A stretch of DNA of 64,000 nucleotides from Azolla caroliniana. Its lineage: Eukaryota > Plantae > Polypodiophyta. The position numbers and the translations under genes are program-made. The stretch is from contig JBHGNT010000004.1 in NCBI GenBank assembly GCA_043228905.1, positions 25,854,001-25,918,000 on the forward strand, given 5' to 3'. This document shows positions 36,751 through 49,877 of this stretch, in pieces (position 1 is the first letter of the stretch; the number at the start of each line of letters is the position of its first letter). The notes under the pieces were generated by a model. The model did no database searches. It was not told the origin of the DNA and was given only the letters and a program-made list of their open reading frames with translations.

Positions 36751-39700
36751 ATGAAAAAGAATCGCCCTACAGAGTCTATGAAGCCTCCATCGCTCGGATT
36801 GTTGCCCCCTCCCTATTCGAAGAATGCCTCTGCTGCGCAGGTAGGGTTTTACATTGCCGTGTAGGGTTAAGATTAGGGTTCTCGTTTTTCTTCTTCTAGG
36901 ATTAGGAATTAATTAAGTTTTTGCATTGATGTCTTTGTAGGATTAGAGAGAGGCAATTGCTCTAGGATCGGGGTTTTGCATTACTGCTGTTTTGGGTTTA
37001 GGAATAGGGTTAAGTCTTTGCATTACGGTTGTTTTAGGATTAGGGTTTTGCATTAATGTTGGTTTAGGATTAGGGTTGTGCATTGTGTTGCATTACCTTT
37101 CCCTGCAAGGAACACATTTAAAACCCTTGTGGTGCTTTTTCTGTAAGTTCCCCAGGAAGGGAAGAAGTTGTCTGCGCGGAGCCGAGGCTCGTCAAGTGTG
37201 CCGGCCAGCAATTGCAGCACTTCATCTATTTCTCGCATCTCTTCATCAAACAAAATGCATACCGACACAGAGCAAGCATCAACGAGCAGAAGTGAGAAAG
37301 TTGGGCAGGAGGGAGATGATGGTTTAGGGTCCGCTGGGAAGAAAAGAAGGAAGAAAAAGTGGTCAGATGACGTTAGGGTTGATCTGTCTTGCTGTAAGTA
37401 TGAGGTTTTGCGGATTGCGATCCAGAAAATGGGATGGCAGGAGGCTGTGGATGACAAGGGGTGGCATGTCTTCTGGACGGGTATTCTCTTCTTCCACTTC
37501 AGATAATGTTTATCCTTGTCTATGATGAGAACCATTCTTAAGATAACGAGAACCATTTGCTATGGCCTTGTAAGCTGTTTGATGCCAAACATTTTCACAT
37601 ATCAATAGACCATGACTGTTTACTCTGGTTTGATACCATCTATCCGAGGCATCAATAGGCTATGGATTGGTAAGCATGTTTGATTCTAGGGCCTTGTAAG
37701 CAGTATGTGGCCATTAGGCTTCTGAGCTTGTACGATGCTATATTTGGACATCAATAGGCTATTCTATTGTAAGCTTGGTTGATGCCATAATGACATATCC
37801 ATAGGCTATACCATTTCAACTTGCAAGATTGTTTCATGTCATCATATTGGCACATCAATAGGCTACCGCATTCCAAGACAGTTTCATGCCATATTGGCAC
37901 ACAAATAGGATACAACCTATACACCTTCTTGGTTTTCAGAGACACACCAATAGGCAATGGACTTGTTGGAGATCTGGCGGTGCACATTTTCTGCTCTTAG
38001 TGGACAATCAATGATCTATGGCTTTTCAAAATTCTTTCGTGCAATACATTTGGCAAACAATAGGCCATAGTCTCTTAGACTCTCTGGATATAGCTGTGTA
38101 ATCATGTATGGTGCACTCTCTGCTCTAGTAGACACATAAGTAGACTATATTCTTGTAAGCAGTCTGGCTGTTACCATTTTACATATTGTGGTGCCATATC
38201 TTTTTGATTATTGACCTTGTAAGCAGCCTGGAAATCATATATATAAGGTTGTTTGATGCTATGCATTTCTTTCTTTTTCTTAATAGACACATCAATAGGG
38301 CCAGAAAGATTGATGACCTTAAGGCGGGGACAGAAGGTCAATCATTTTCTCGGTATGCTTCAAATCTGCCGTAAAAAATCTCTTGCACGACATCTCTCAA
38401 ACATGCGCCGGTAAGTTAATTTCTCTAACGAACTTTTTGTACTCAGTTTTTTTTCACATCTAGAATTTTTAAGCTCTATATAATCAGCAAAGGCTTGTGC
38501 AACTAGGATCTTCCCTGCAGAGTATAAGTTCTTTCCACGGGCTTTTATCCTCCCCAACCACATCCAAGATCTTGTTATGAGGCTCAATACTGATAGGATA
38601 CGAACATACATTCTCAAACCGGACAATGGATGCCAGGTACCTTGGCATGCAAAAAACGTGGTTAATTTGCTTGGCCTTTCACATAATTCCTCCGTTTGCA
38701 TTTTTCATATAGTTTTTGAATGATCTTGTAGGGTCGTGGAGTGGTGCTAGTACAAAATGTGGCTGACTTGAAACAAGCCATCGGAGGAATGGCTGGTTCA
38801 AATATGCTTGCACAGAAATATCTGACAAACCCAATGCTGCTCAATGGATTCAAGTTTGATCTGCGCATTTATGTGTTGATTCTATCATGCGATCCTCTGA
38901 GGCTCTTTCTTTACAGGCATCTCTCTCTCTCTCTCTCACTCACACACTCTCTATAGTTTATATCAAAAGCTTATATCATGTATCTGATGGGGGCTGTAAC
39001 TTTCTGATCTCATAAGTCCTTTGGCAGATGTTAATGCTGCACTTCATTCCGTCTCTCTAATATACTCCTCATTAATGTACTATGACAGCTCATTCTGGAG
39101 ATTTCCTTTTTGTGTTCATATGTTCAGTTTGATTTGCTAGTGTTCTGTGGTACAATTTATATCGCATCTTCAAAGTTGTCATGATGTTCATGATTGGATG
39201 GACAGGGAAGGGCTCGTCCGATTTTGCACGGAGAAGTACATGAAGCCAGAGAAAGCTAATTTGAAGCGAAGTTGCATGCACTTAACAAACTATGCGGTAA
39301 ACAAAAATAATACAAAATTTGAGTTCAATTCAAGCTCGTCAGAGACAGACAAAGGAAGCAAGTGGACATTAAGTTCATTATTTAAAGCATTGGCCGCAAA
39401 AGGGTATGATATTGGAAGGCTCAAAAGGCAGATGCGCAAAATGGTTGTGATGACAATCATATCCATTGTTCCCCATCTGATTCATAACTATAGGAACTGT
39501 TTAAACGAGGATGACAATGGAAGATCATGCTTTGAGTTACTTGGGATGGATGTTTTACTTGATGAAAAATGCAGGCCATGGCTCCTGGAGGTATGCAGCC
39601 TCATCTTATTAGTTATATTTGCTTCTTGTTCATATATTTGAGTATAACCTCCATGTGGTAAAGCTCATCAAGCTTGTCATTTCTATGTTTTGCTTGTGAA

Positions 39701-41222
39701 GGAAAACCATCTGATTTCAGATTTTCTCATTTAGAATCTTGATGCACTTTTTGGAGTGGTAAAAATTGACTTTGTGAAGGAACTATATGTGTATTAAACT
39801 TCTTAAAATGTATTTTCTAGGACCTACATGATAAACAGTTGTAAAAAATAACTTTTGATGAGCATCCACAAGTAAATTTAGCACAATGTATTGAATGCTG
39901 AGACACATAACCAACTCAGTTATTATGCTCTACAGGTCAATCATTCTCCTTCGTTTGCGATTGACACACCCCTAGATTTCAAAGTCAAGGAGTCTTTGCT
40001 AAGCGACACTCTCAGGTTACTCAACGTGGACCCTTCAGGTGTCTCAAGGTACAAGCTCCAAGATAAGAAAGGGTCCAAATTGCGCTTATATGGTGTTCGT
40101 CAGAGTAAGGATGACCTAGAAGAGTCATCTCTAAATGCCCCAAGTCACCAAAATAGTAAAATCACTGAATATGATGAATTCGAACGCAAGAACCTCGGGA
40201 ATTATGATCGTATATATCCTCCAGATGATCCACATTTGCAGAAAGCCTATGATATATTTTTGGCAGGCGCAGAGGATATTTTCAAGCAGTCATTTGACAT
40301 GAAAGTGAAGAGTGCAATTCTCAAAGCCCAAGAGCATCGAAAGAGGGAGGAGATGGAGAAGGAGGCAGCGGAGAAGAAGAAGCAGAAGAAGCTGCAGAAC
40401 ATGAGAAAGAAAGCTCAGGAAGCTGCGCAACTAGCTGCGTTGTCCCAAAAACAAAGGATTTCCTTGGCAACCAGTAGTGTGGATTTGTCTGATATCAAAG
40501 AAGCCCTCATCCTTGACATGGCTAGTCCGCGCTCTAGTGTGGAGACACCTACAGGTTGGGAAAGGGCCTTTAATACATTAAATACCGTGCCAGAGAGCAG
40601 AGGACTAGCTCAACATGCCGAAGCTAAACCTATTCATATTGCCGCAAAAAGGGGAGCTTTAGAGGTAATTAAAAGTAATTTGCAGCACGAAGCTTCGACA
40701 AACTCTATGGGGAGAAATTTTATGTCAGATACTGGCACAAGTGGGGACTTTGATTCTGGGTCGATGCCAGTCCAGCTATCTGTTCAATGTAATCGTAACC
40801 CTAATAATGACATTCCCACAATTTGCTCCCCGAGAGTTTCTTCTCTGCCTTGCATTGTACCTCATTCAGTATACCGACATCGTACTTGGAAGTCTTCCTA
40901 TTCTCAAGTTTTGCACCATGGCAAGAAACAACTTGTTTCAGAGAATGTCCCAGCTCAACCACACTTCTCTTCGAGGACATTGCTGGAGCTCAGAAGAGAG
41001 AACTTGGCTAAAAGGAATGCCTCTTTTGTGAGTGCCACAGATTGTCATGGATTAAAATCTCCATTTCACTTTTCTAATGCTTTCTTAGCTGAGGGCAGAG
41101 ATTTGTTTGCATGTGATGACGGATACCCATCTCCTTTTCGAGCTCTGAGCATGAGTGCGAACGTTAGGGGTGGCTTGAAGAGCAATGGACGGATGTGGCC
41201 GAGGCATGCCGGGAGTAAATAA
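36751..41222 (+). CDS. TTLL6: Tubulin polyglutamylase, TTLL6/TTLL13-like (~841 aa)
   Basis: Exons 36751-36840, 37156-37480, 38287-38410, 38507-38636, 38732-38916, 39206-39590 and 39936-41222 have consistent phases; intron 5 is GC-AG. Motifs: CKYEV, WHVFWTD, QKVNHFLGM..ICRK, YILKPDNGCQGRG, QKYL..P.L..GFKFDLRIYVL, EGLVRFCT, MHLTNYAVNK, GSKW, CFELLGMDVLLD..RPWLLEVNHSPSF, G.Y.RIYP. Subfamily assignment is by motif recall. Confidence 0.9.
36862..37085. repeat. Degenerate TTAGGG/telo-box-rich minisatellite in TTLL intron 1
   Basis: Repeated TAGGATTAGGGTTTTGCATT-like units, ~35-45 bp period. Confidence 0.7.
37555..38300. repeat. Degenerate ~50-bp tandem repeat in TTLL intron 2
   Basis: ATCAATAGG-like cores at 37601, 37651, 37750, 37797, 37854, 37901 and 37946, with recurring CTTGTAAG and GTTTGATGC submotifs. 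Confidence 0.75.
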
Positions 41223-42826
41223 AAGAATTTTCATTGAAATGGAAGTTGGAGAAGTGGGCTTTAGCCTTTGATCCAAGTTGGTCAATATCAATGATCTGTT
41301 TTTGGTGCTCAAGGTGATACTGCGGTCATTAATGCTAGGAGTTATTCAAGAATGGGGCTGGGTTCTTACATTTGAAACCATTGGATTGCGATTGTATAAA
41401 GGAATGGCACATTGCCCTGATGTTTTGGAATGTCAATCTCCGGGGTCTCCCCTCATCTACCCTTAATACCTTTCCATCATGCATTGCTTGTGAAATTGGC
41501 ACATGTAGATACAAAAAACGCATGTCTGTACAAGGAAATTTATTGAGGAGGTATGTATACATGTAGGTGAACACCCATTATTTATGGGACTTCCAAATTT
41601 ATGCTCCAAGTTATACATAAAATGTACATGTAAATGGTTACTCTAGATTGTAAATTCAATAATTTAAATGTAATATTCTGGGTATTTTATCTTTCAAATT
41701 TATATGAAGTCTGGAGTCAAAACAATGTATGCTAGAGAACTGCGAGAAGTCTCTATTATTGTATTTATAATAGAAGGGTGTGAAAAGATGCTCATTCACT
41801 ACATATGCATGTGACATGGGCTTAGTCAATCAAAGGTACAGCTTTAGATCCTGGTGTTGAGTGAGATTTTGTCTCTTAACTTATCAGTACCTATGACATA
41901 TGAAAGGTGATTGTGTAGGCTATAACACAAATTACTACATATGGTACAACTAATGATATACTATGGAACGAGTTGTGAAAGTGAAGAAGTGCATGCCTTT
42001 GTGGTATAAAATTAAATGTGAGAACCATGTGTTTTTGATATATCAAAGAGGTTGATGATTGAGGTTATGCATTTGACACTAATCTTTCTTGATTGAGTCA
42101 CATCCATGAGCTTTAAGAACAAACCATCTTGGGCTTTTGCTTAAGTAGTGATTCTTTCCTTAATGATTCTTTTGTAGTAAAATGTTTTTTATGATCCTTT
42201 GTAACATTGCCAAACTCTGTGTAACATATGTACACCTACTTATTTTGTGCCTTCATTTGTAATGCAAGGATGTGTTCACTTGTAGAGGTCTCCTAAATCT
42301 TACTTGGAAAGTTATGCTTCTAGCATGCTCCATAATGATTTCCAAGGGTAGCCCATTATGATAGTTTGATGGTTGCCCAATTGGAAGGGGTCTATCTCTT
42401 GGCTATGGAGTAATAGCTAAGTGAAACTATCAAATTTCAAGCAACCTAATCAGAGTATGATGCAACCTGGCTAGGTAAATCTAATTTGATCTAATTATAC
42501 CTACATCATAAATTAATTAGCTTGATCTGAAGTTGGTTTCACCATAGTTAGCTCAATGTGATTGGCTTGTATGACAATTGAATAAAGTTTGTAAAATTGC
42601 ATTGGATCATCGTTATGTTTTCTGGTTGCACTTCACGTTTCAAGTAGTAACCGAAAATTTCATTCAAAATATAATGTGGTATTACATGGTGTATACAGAC
42701 GAGATGTCTCATATGTACAGGGATCACATCCTCATGAATTACACTGATCAAGTCTCTGAGACTTCGAGTTGGTTACAATGATGTTGATAGCTTCCCTAAT
42801 GTCAGGGATATGCAGCCTTTCCTAAT

Positions 42827-45800
42827 CTATTTTAACTTCCTACTTCTCTTTGTATTGTTCTTGCCTTTTTTGTCATCTTTTTTGTCATTCTTTCCTCCAT
42901 TGGTTTCATTTAATTTCAATAAAGGTTGCTTGGGACTTTGTATGACACCACCCTTGCGGCCTTTTGTTGGTTGTTTGTCCTTGAGTTGCTTCTGTTCATC
43001 CAACAAGTGTGCTTTCAAAATATAATTATTATTAATACAAGCAATAATATATGTGGTATTAAAGGCTGTTACATACTAAGACAGGTCCAAACACAAAAGT
43101 TATATATAACATCAAAGTTTTCCATTACAAACATTACTAAACGTAATTTATATGCCTATTTTTATACCTCAAAGGCGATAGCTCGGGCAGTGGCACAATC
43201 TTCTTGCAAGCTGGAGATGGTGTGTGTTAGAGAAGCATTTTGCTTGCAAACATGGGCCAAGAGTTCAGCTGTGGACATGTGGCCACTTGTAGCTGATTGC
43301 AACAAATGTCGATTATGGCCTGACAAACCCTTGAGATCAAGAAGCTCGTCCCAACGTGGGCGTGGTGTTAATTGACCGAAACTGTCAATCTGCGCTGCAC
43401 CTTCAGTTTCTAAATCTTTCAAGGTTTTCTTTAAGTCCATCACCTTTGCCTTTTCAGCTTCTAGTTCTTTATTTGGAACTCTGGAATAAGGGTTTTATCC
43501 ATGTATATAAATCACTAGTGATTGTTAATACCTTTCTGCAGGAAAAATTTAGGATAAGTGATATGAATTTGTTCGTTACAAGATAGACCTGTCCGAAGCT
43601 TCATGTCGCAGTACGTCCATCAGTGCACGAGCTTCTTGCAAGTTTTGTTGGGTGATATTGTAATTCTCTTCAAGCTTCGCATGTCGCTCATGCCTTGCCA
43701 TCTGCGAAAGAGTTAAAACAATATCAAAGAGTTAAAACAATATCAAGGGTGTTGTTGGCTAAGTGGTTGATCCCTTGCCCTAAAATCTATAGGTCAAGAC
43801 TTCAACTCTTGCATCTCTGAGGACCCCAAGGACTTGCATCTCAGATTCCAGAAAAAGTTAGCTTATTTTTATCTAGTATTCTTCCTTATTTCATAAAAGC
43901 TAAAATTTTGAAGTGGATTGACCACTCTACCTGATCACATTGTATCTGATGAGCTAGGATCTGGTCCATTCTTGCTTTTTGCAATTTAATTTTTAACTTC
44001 TGCACCTCTTCTTGCAAAGTCCTTACCTTACAAAGCAGTCATACACATGAACATCCTATTTATGTGCAATCATAATCATCATCCATTATAAAAAAAACAC
44101 TCTTTCAAATTCAGTGTCAAATAGTTCAGGTTCCACATTTTGGACATCATATATACCTTGATGCCCATTTGAGTATTTTTTTTGTTTTAATGTCAGCAAT
44201 GCATTATAAGTAAAAAAAAAGCTAAGAGTTTTGAGAAGAAAAAAGAATACCTCAGAAATAGTAGTTTCAAGAGATACAACAACTGTAGTCAGCTTTCTTT
44301 CCATATCTCTCGCAGTTTCTTTGGTTGTTAGGTCATCCATTAATTCCTACTTCATCAAGTGTATAAAGAGGAGATACAATTAGTAAACTAAGATAAAAGA
44401 TTATCAATTCGTACATCATCAAGTGCATAAAGAGGAGATACAATTAGTAGACTGATATATAACAAATGTTTCATGATAAGAGTATTTAAGGGAAGAAAAA
44501 CATCTATAATACCTTGATCTCGTTTTTAACATTTAAAATTTCAGCTTGACGAGATAGAATTTCAACTTTTATGCTGTCTTTTTCACTTGCAATCTCTAAT
44601 TTACGGTCCTGTAGCTTGCCAACCAACTCAAAATATGGCACCTAAAAAAACATTGATCAACATACACATGTTCAATCTCAATTTTCATGCATGGTGATGC
44701 AAAAGTAAAAAATATTTAACTTCTTTCCTCAAGTCTCAATGTGGAAGGGGGTATATGCAGCTCTTACACGTTGAAAAGTCGATTCTCCATGCTTGACAGA
44801 GACATTGGTACTATATACAGATTTGTCAAGCTCTTGGTGGATATTTGAAAGCACTTGGGCAAAAGGAGTCTTCTGCTTTGACAGCTCTCCAAACAGCTGA
44901 AACCAAAAGTAAAGAAAAGATACAAACGATCAGTTGTATTACAGTCAATAGAAACAAGAAGATTATTCATTGCAAATTGTGGTGCCTTTGTTCAATGTGA
45001 CCCTCTCTCTCTCTGTCATATAGTGCTCACAAAGCAAATGGCCAACTCAGAGTTTCCTCCCACCAACTATAGAGAAGTAGGATGACTGCTTTGCATACCT
45101 AGAGCTGAAAGAAATTGCAAATTATTTGAAGGAGAGATCAAAAGCGAGGAACATTTTGTGTACGAGCCCAGCTTAAAAGCACATCAGAAAGAAGCCTTTC
45201 ACCCTCTACTGCAATTCCATAACAATTGAAAAATGATGGAGAAGGCTGACCCATGACACATTTGGCCAAATCTTGCCCAAGCTTCAAATAAATAGGAATC
45301 AACACTTCATTACCAGCTGGAATGGACCGGCAATCGGACGTTATTGATTTCTTCCATAGCTCCACAACTCGACTGACAACATGCCATGGAATCACCATAA
45401 AGCGAGCACAGTACTGCCAACCACAATGTAGACTGCAAGACTAGAATAGAAGTCACATGGGTCATACCATCACCAGATTGCAAAGTTCATTGCTTGCTAT
45501 TTTTGATCCACATGAGGACACCCAAATGCAGTTGCTGAACATTTTCACAGCCTTGTTCCACTGCAATAACCAACCTTGGATACGATGTCCAATCATCACT
45601 ACTCGACCCATATATATTAGTTACGTACTTCATGATTGTATACAATCTCCAGAATCATTTCTCATGCGCGCTAAAATCATGATCATAGAGCTTTTATTTT
45701 TGTTTCAGCATGGATAACAATAATTCACCCATATTTGTAATCATGATTAGTCTCATAAGTCGACTATAAGCTCTAGTAGATGTTAATCTCTCAATCTCTC

Positions 45801-47424
45801 TTTTGTGTTACAAGGTCTTGACCAAAAAATTCAAAAGGGGGTTATAATAGATCTGGTAATTGTAACGTTCTGCTCTTCATCAAGAAACAAGGACATGGGC
45901 CTCTGGGCCTCATCTTTCAGTCTCTTATTACTGTCAGAAATGGGCAAAAGCTTTGTTAGTTTCTGCTCTGTTGTTTCTTGTGGCCGGGTTGATTTTTGCT
46001 CCACGTCAATGAAAGGCAGAAGATCCAGTTCAACTAACAAGCTTCTCTGGTACCTTAGTCAGTTTTATTAATCTAGGTAAATTTATTGAGGTCTCTGTTT
46101 CTCAAATATGAGAAACCATTTAAAGATGTAATCTCTTGTTAAGTTTCATAGGCAATTGATGAGTTGTGACAAAAGGTTAAAGATGTGTAAAACAAGGAGG
46201 CATCTAAGAAGTTACTTTTCGGAGAGCAATTATCATGCTTTTGTCATACACAGATGATTTGGGATATTATATTCATTTAGATGAAGAAATAAGGTCAGAC
46301 AAAGAATATTTATAGGTGGAATTAACTTGCATGAGAGCAGATCTCACACTCATACTTACTGTACATCAAATTACTGGAAACAAAGTTAAAAAGATCACGA
46401 TCATTCCTTTTAGTAAGCAAAACAGTGCCAACCAAAGCATGCAACACAGATGTACACACACATTCATACACATACATGTGTGTGTCTGCGCGTGCATTTA
46501 TGTATGTGTGCATACGTAAGTAAAAGAAGAAATGCATATGCATAGAATTACCTTCCAACACACTCTAAAGTCATGCACATCTGGTACTGCAGGATCATGG
46601 AGTGAATGCTTATGCCTACTCAACATTTCAGCCAACTTTACCTTAAATCCCACCACACATGACAAAAACTGACCTCAGAATCACGATCAAACTGAAAGAA
46701 GCTCACAAAATGGGTTCATATAAAGCTAGTAATTAAATACCTCGAGATAGAGGGTGGACGACTTGAAATGTCCAGGATCAAATGTTTTATGGGAATAAAA
46801 CAAATCTTGAGGCTCGAGAGCCTCAGATTCATCATCAGCCAAGGGCTCCTCTTCCACGATTACATCCTGTTCACACTGGGGAATAGTCACATGATTGTAG
46901 TGGAATGAAAGGAGCCATTTGCCATTGGCAGGTGGCGGTGGCTTCACATGAGGCGGTTGGATGCACACAATGCGTTCAGCATTCGGGTCATCGGGGCGCC
47001 AGTCTTTGCGGTAGTGCTTCCGCTCTTTGTGGCAAAGGCATTCACGATGCCCTACAACATGATGCTGATGTGGCATAGGTCTTATGGCAGCGGTTCCACC
47101 ATGTTCAGGATTGATTTGGTGCTGGTGATGAAGAAGATTGGTGGACGTGTGAGGGAGGAGGTGCATGATAGCAGCATGATACGAGGGGGCATTTCGGAGG
47201 TCATAATCGAGGGTGTTTTTATGTTGGTTGAGGTTGTGATTATGGCTATGGCTATGGCTATGGCTATGGCTATGGCTATGGCTATGGTTATGGTTGTGTC
47301 TGTGGCTGTAATGGCGGGCGCTGCTGGATCCTCCTCCTCCTCCTCCTCCTCCTCCATCGCATGATTCGAGAGCTAAGGAAGAGGAAGAAGAACGAGGGCT
47401 TTGATGCTGATGTAACAGCTTCAT
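42827..47424 (-). CDS. Translin-associated factor X-interacting protein 1 (TSNAXIP1)-like coiled-coil protein (~604 aa)
   Basis: Exons (minus) 47424-46741, 46641-46552, 44896-44768, 44641-44513, 44346-44251, 44026-43931, 43701-43589, 43480-43168 and 42991-42827, all GT-AG and in phase. LYLEVKLAEML...RVCWKLFGELSKQKTPFAQVLSNIHQELDKSVYS resembles TSNAXIP1_N; a long heptad region follows, then LTPRPRW (cf. the LTPRPxW motif). The last-exon acceptor is the least certain. Confidence 0.7.
47238..47290. repeat. Coding hexanucleotide microsatellite (CATAGC)n encoding (HS)n, next to a poly-Gly (GGA)n run
   Basis: (GCTATG)n at ~47241-47288 and (TCC)n at 47329-47355, both in exon 1 of the TSNAXIP1-like gene. 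Confidence 0.9.
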
Positions 47425-47732
47425 CCAAGCACTGGCCCCTGCTTCTGTTTCTCTCCTGGCGCATTAGACATGCATTGTACACAGACGGAAAGAGGGGGGA
47501 GGAGGGGAGAAGAAGAAGAAGAAGAAGAAGAAGAGAAAGAAAGAGACAGGAAAACAACAGAGCGAGGGATGAACAGAGTGAGTGATGAATGAAGAGGCTC
47601 GTCGAATAGAGACAGAGAAAAGATGTGACGTTTTGTTTTGTTTTGTTTATTTACATAAAATTACATACAGACAACTCTGCCTTCTCTAATTTATGAAGAT
47701 GTATTATGTATACGTAAACGTGTATGTATATG

Positions 47733-48331
47733 TAGCAAATGGCACGGTTCGGTTTCTTTGCCTTTAAACCGAACCGAATCATTTATATAAAACAAAAACC
47801 AAACCATTTATATAAAACCGAGCACGTGTATGTATGTGTAGCAAATGGGGTTCGGTTGCTTTGCCTTGAAACCGAACCGAACCATTTATATAAATAAAAA
47901 AACCAAACCAAACCAAACCGTTTATGAACTCTCAAGCCATTTAAACTAAACCATTTAAGAAAAGGTAAACCAAACCATTTAGGGAAAAGTTGCAAACCGA
48001 GCCATTTAATAAAAAATTTAAACCTAACTATTTAAGTCAAACTAATTAAAAATCTAAATAAACAAAAATACATTAAATTTAAAAAACATTTAAGTTAAAT
48101 TTATTAAAACAATAAAAAACCATTAATGTGATTTTTTTTTTATTACAAAAAACCTTTAAACCAAACCTTTTTTACCTACAAACCGACAAAGCCGAGTTTT
48201 AGAGCAAAACCGAACCGTTTATTAAAAATTCAAACCAAACCAAACTATTAAAAATTTTTGGAACCAATAAAACTGTTAAAAAATGGATTAAAGGTTCGAT
48301 TCGGCTTGAGACGAAACAATGCCCATTGCTA
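47733..48331. mobile_element. Non-autonomous hAT-like DNA transposon (MITE) with AAACCG subterminal repeats
   Basis: Imperfect TIRs TAGCAAATGGCA / TGCCCATTGCTA, 8-bp flanking repeat TGTATATG (47725-47732 and 48332-48339), and many AAACCG/AAACCA motifs. The left end is duplicated at ~47826. The TSD sits in low-complexity DNA. Confidence 0.6.
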
Positions 48332-49877
48332 TGTATATGTATATGTATGTAATACTTGCTACCCCACCCCACCACCACATTGTACCCTCCTTGGCCCATG
48401 GATCCTTGACCGGAAGAGACAAATAATAAACCTCCATATTGCAAATTCACTTGATGTTTATCCTTGTCTTGTAGATGTGCTGAAATCCTTCTACCCTCTA
48501 TGTCACGTTTCATCCCCATTGTTGCAAAACCTTGTTGACATTGACCCACGATGCCTCGTTCTTTCTATCTTCACCGAAAACTTCAAATGTTACTGAATTT
48601 GTTGCAATGAATTCAACTTATCTCTAATGCATGATTCACTTCCATGTGATAGGCTTTGTGAGATTCTGAATCTTGAGTTTGTAGATGTGTCAAAATTCTT
48701 CAAATGATTGAGCCTACCTAAATTTCCCAAAGTTATACACTCACCCAAGGCTTGCAACATTCATCTCGACCTATGGTCCCACATTATGAAATGCAGATTT
48801 TCTGGACAAGGCATTGATCTACAGCATAAAAGATTTCAAGTTTGACATGTGGTAGGATGAATTGTGTCTCACAAGGTATCATGTGGATCTACACATTGCA
48901 CAGAGAACAACTTTGCTAAGCTAACCATAACTATGATCAACAATAGTGGTAGGATTAAAATTTGTCCCACCAGTGATAACGTGGAATATGCACATTGTAT
49001 GAGAACTTTGATAATTTGACCACAACTATGATTCCACTCGGTGGTGAACACATCACCATCAGTTAAGTATGGCACCTTTCCATTGGGCCATCTTCAACTT
49101 GTGGTTGCATGGAAATATGTCTTCAAATGGAGCATAAATGATCTCAACTTCATACAGTGTAGTTCTCACAAGATAAACAAGAGCATTTAAGAATGATTCA
49201 TTTGCACTCAATCATTAATATAAGACATTAGTGGTCTAGATGTTGCAAACTGATTAACCATAGTACATTGTTGAGCATCCTCTGAGGTTGGTGCTTCCAG
49301 GGTCATTACAATTTATTAATTGATTACACAACCATGGTGTTCACCACCATTGAAGAAACAATTGGCATTGCTTCAACAACAAGTATGGTGCTCAAGTTGC
49401 AACAATAGGGTCAACGTTAACAAGGATTGAGATTAACTTACCGTGGTTAAAAGACACAGATCAAACTCCTCTATTGTACATGGAGCAATTCATCATGGTT
49501 TAAATGGGTTGCTCTTCTTTGCTATATATCATGCAATAGGTTCCACAATTTAGATTTTGTTGATTGTACTTGCAAAGGGTCTCTCTTAACTAGGAAGTGT
49601 AAGGGCTAAACAAGAAACAAGGGGATATGAAGAATATTAACCCATAGTCAATCAAAGGAGATATTACAACTAACATAAAAGAGATTAATACAATGTAACA
49701 AAAATATGTAACAATACAACTAAAGTGTTTACTAGTGTATTACAAAAAATGACACAAAAAATGGTATTAGAACATGGCACTTTATAACACAAACAAGAGG
49801 GGCTCAACCAGAGGTTCTTGGGTTTTAATAGCTTGTACATGATCTGATTTAGATTTGACCAGAAATAGAAGCAGGAC

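Noticed and set aside
36478-38300. CRISPR-like regularly spaced repeats
   Set aside because: Eukaryotic context, degenerate units, no unique spacers and no cas genes; these are ordinary minisatellites.
43747-43825. tRNA-like/SINE head in a TSNAXIP1-like intron (TGGCTAAGTGG A-box)
   Set aside because: The B-box is poor, and there is no TSD or second copy in the window.
45138-46071. ORFs of 69-88 aa and a TGATGA box (possible extra exons or a C/D snoRNA)
   Set aside because: Exons 2 and 3 of the host gene join in frame and in domain without them, and no D box is properly placed.
46948-47585. Overlapping ORFs with (MA)n, (IA)n, poly-R and poly-E
   Set aside because: They are alternative-frame or antisense readings of the microsatellites in exon 1 and the leader.
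48400-49560. Possible Ty3/gypsy gag remnant on the minus strand
   Set aside because: Only vague similarity; no LTR, PBS or firm motif.
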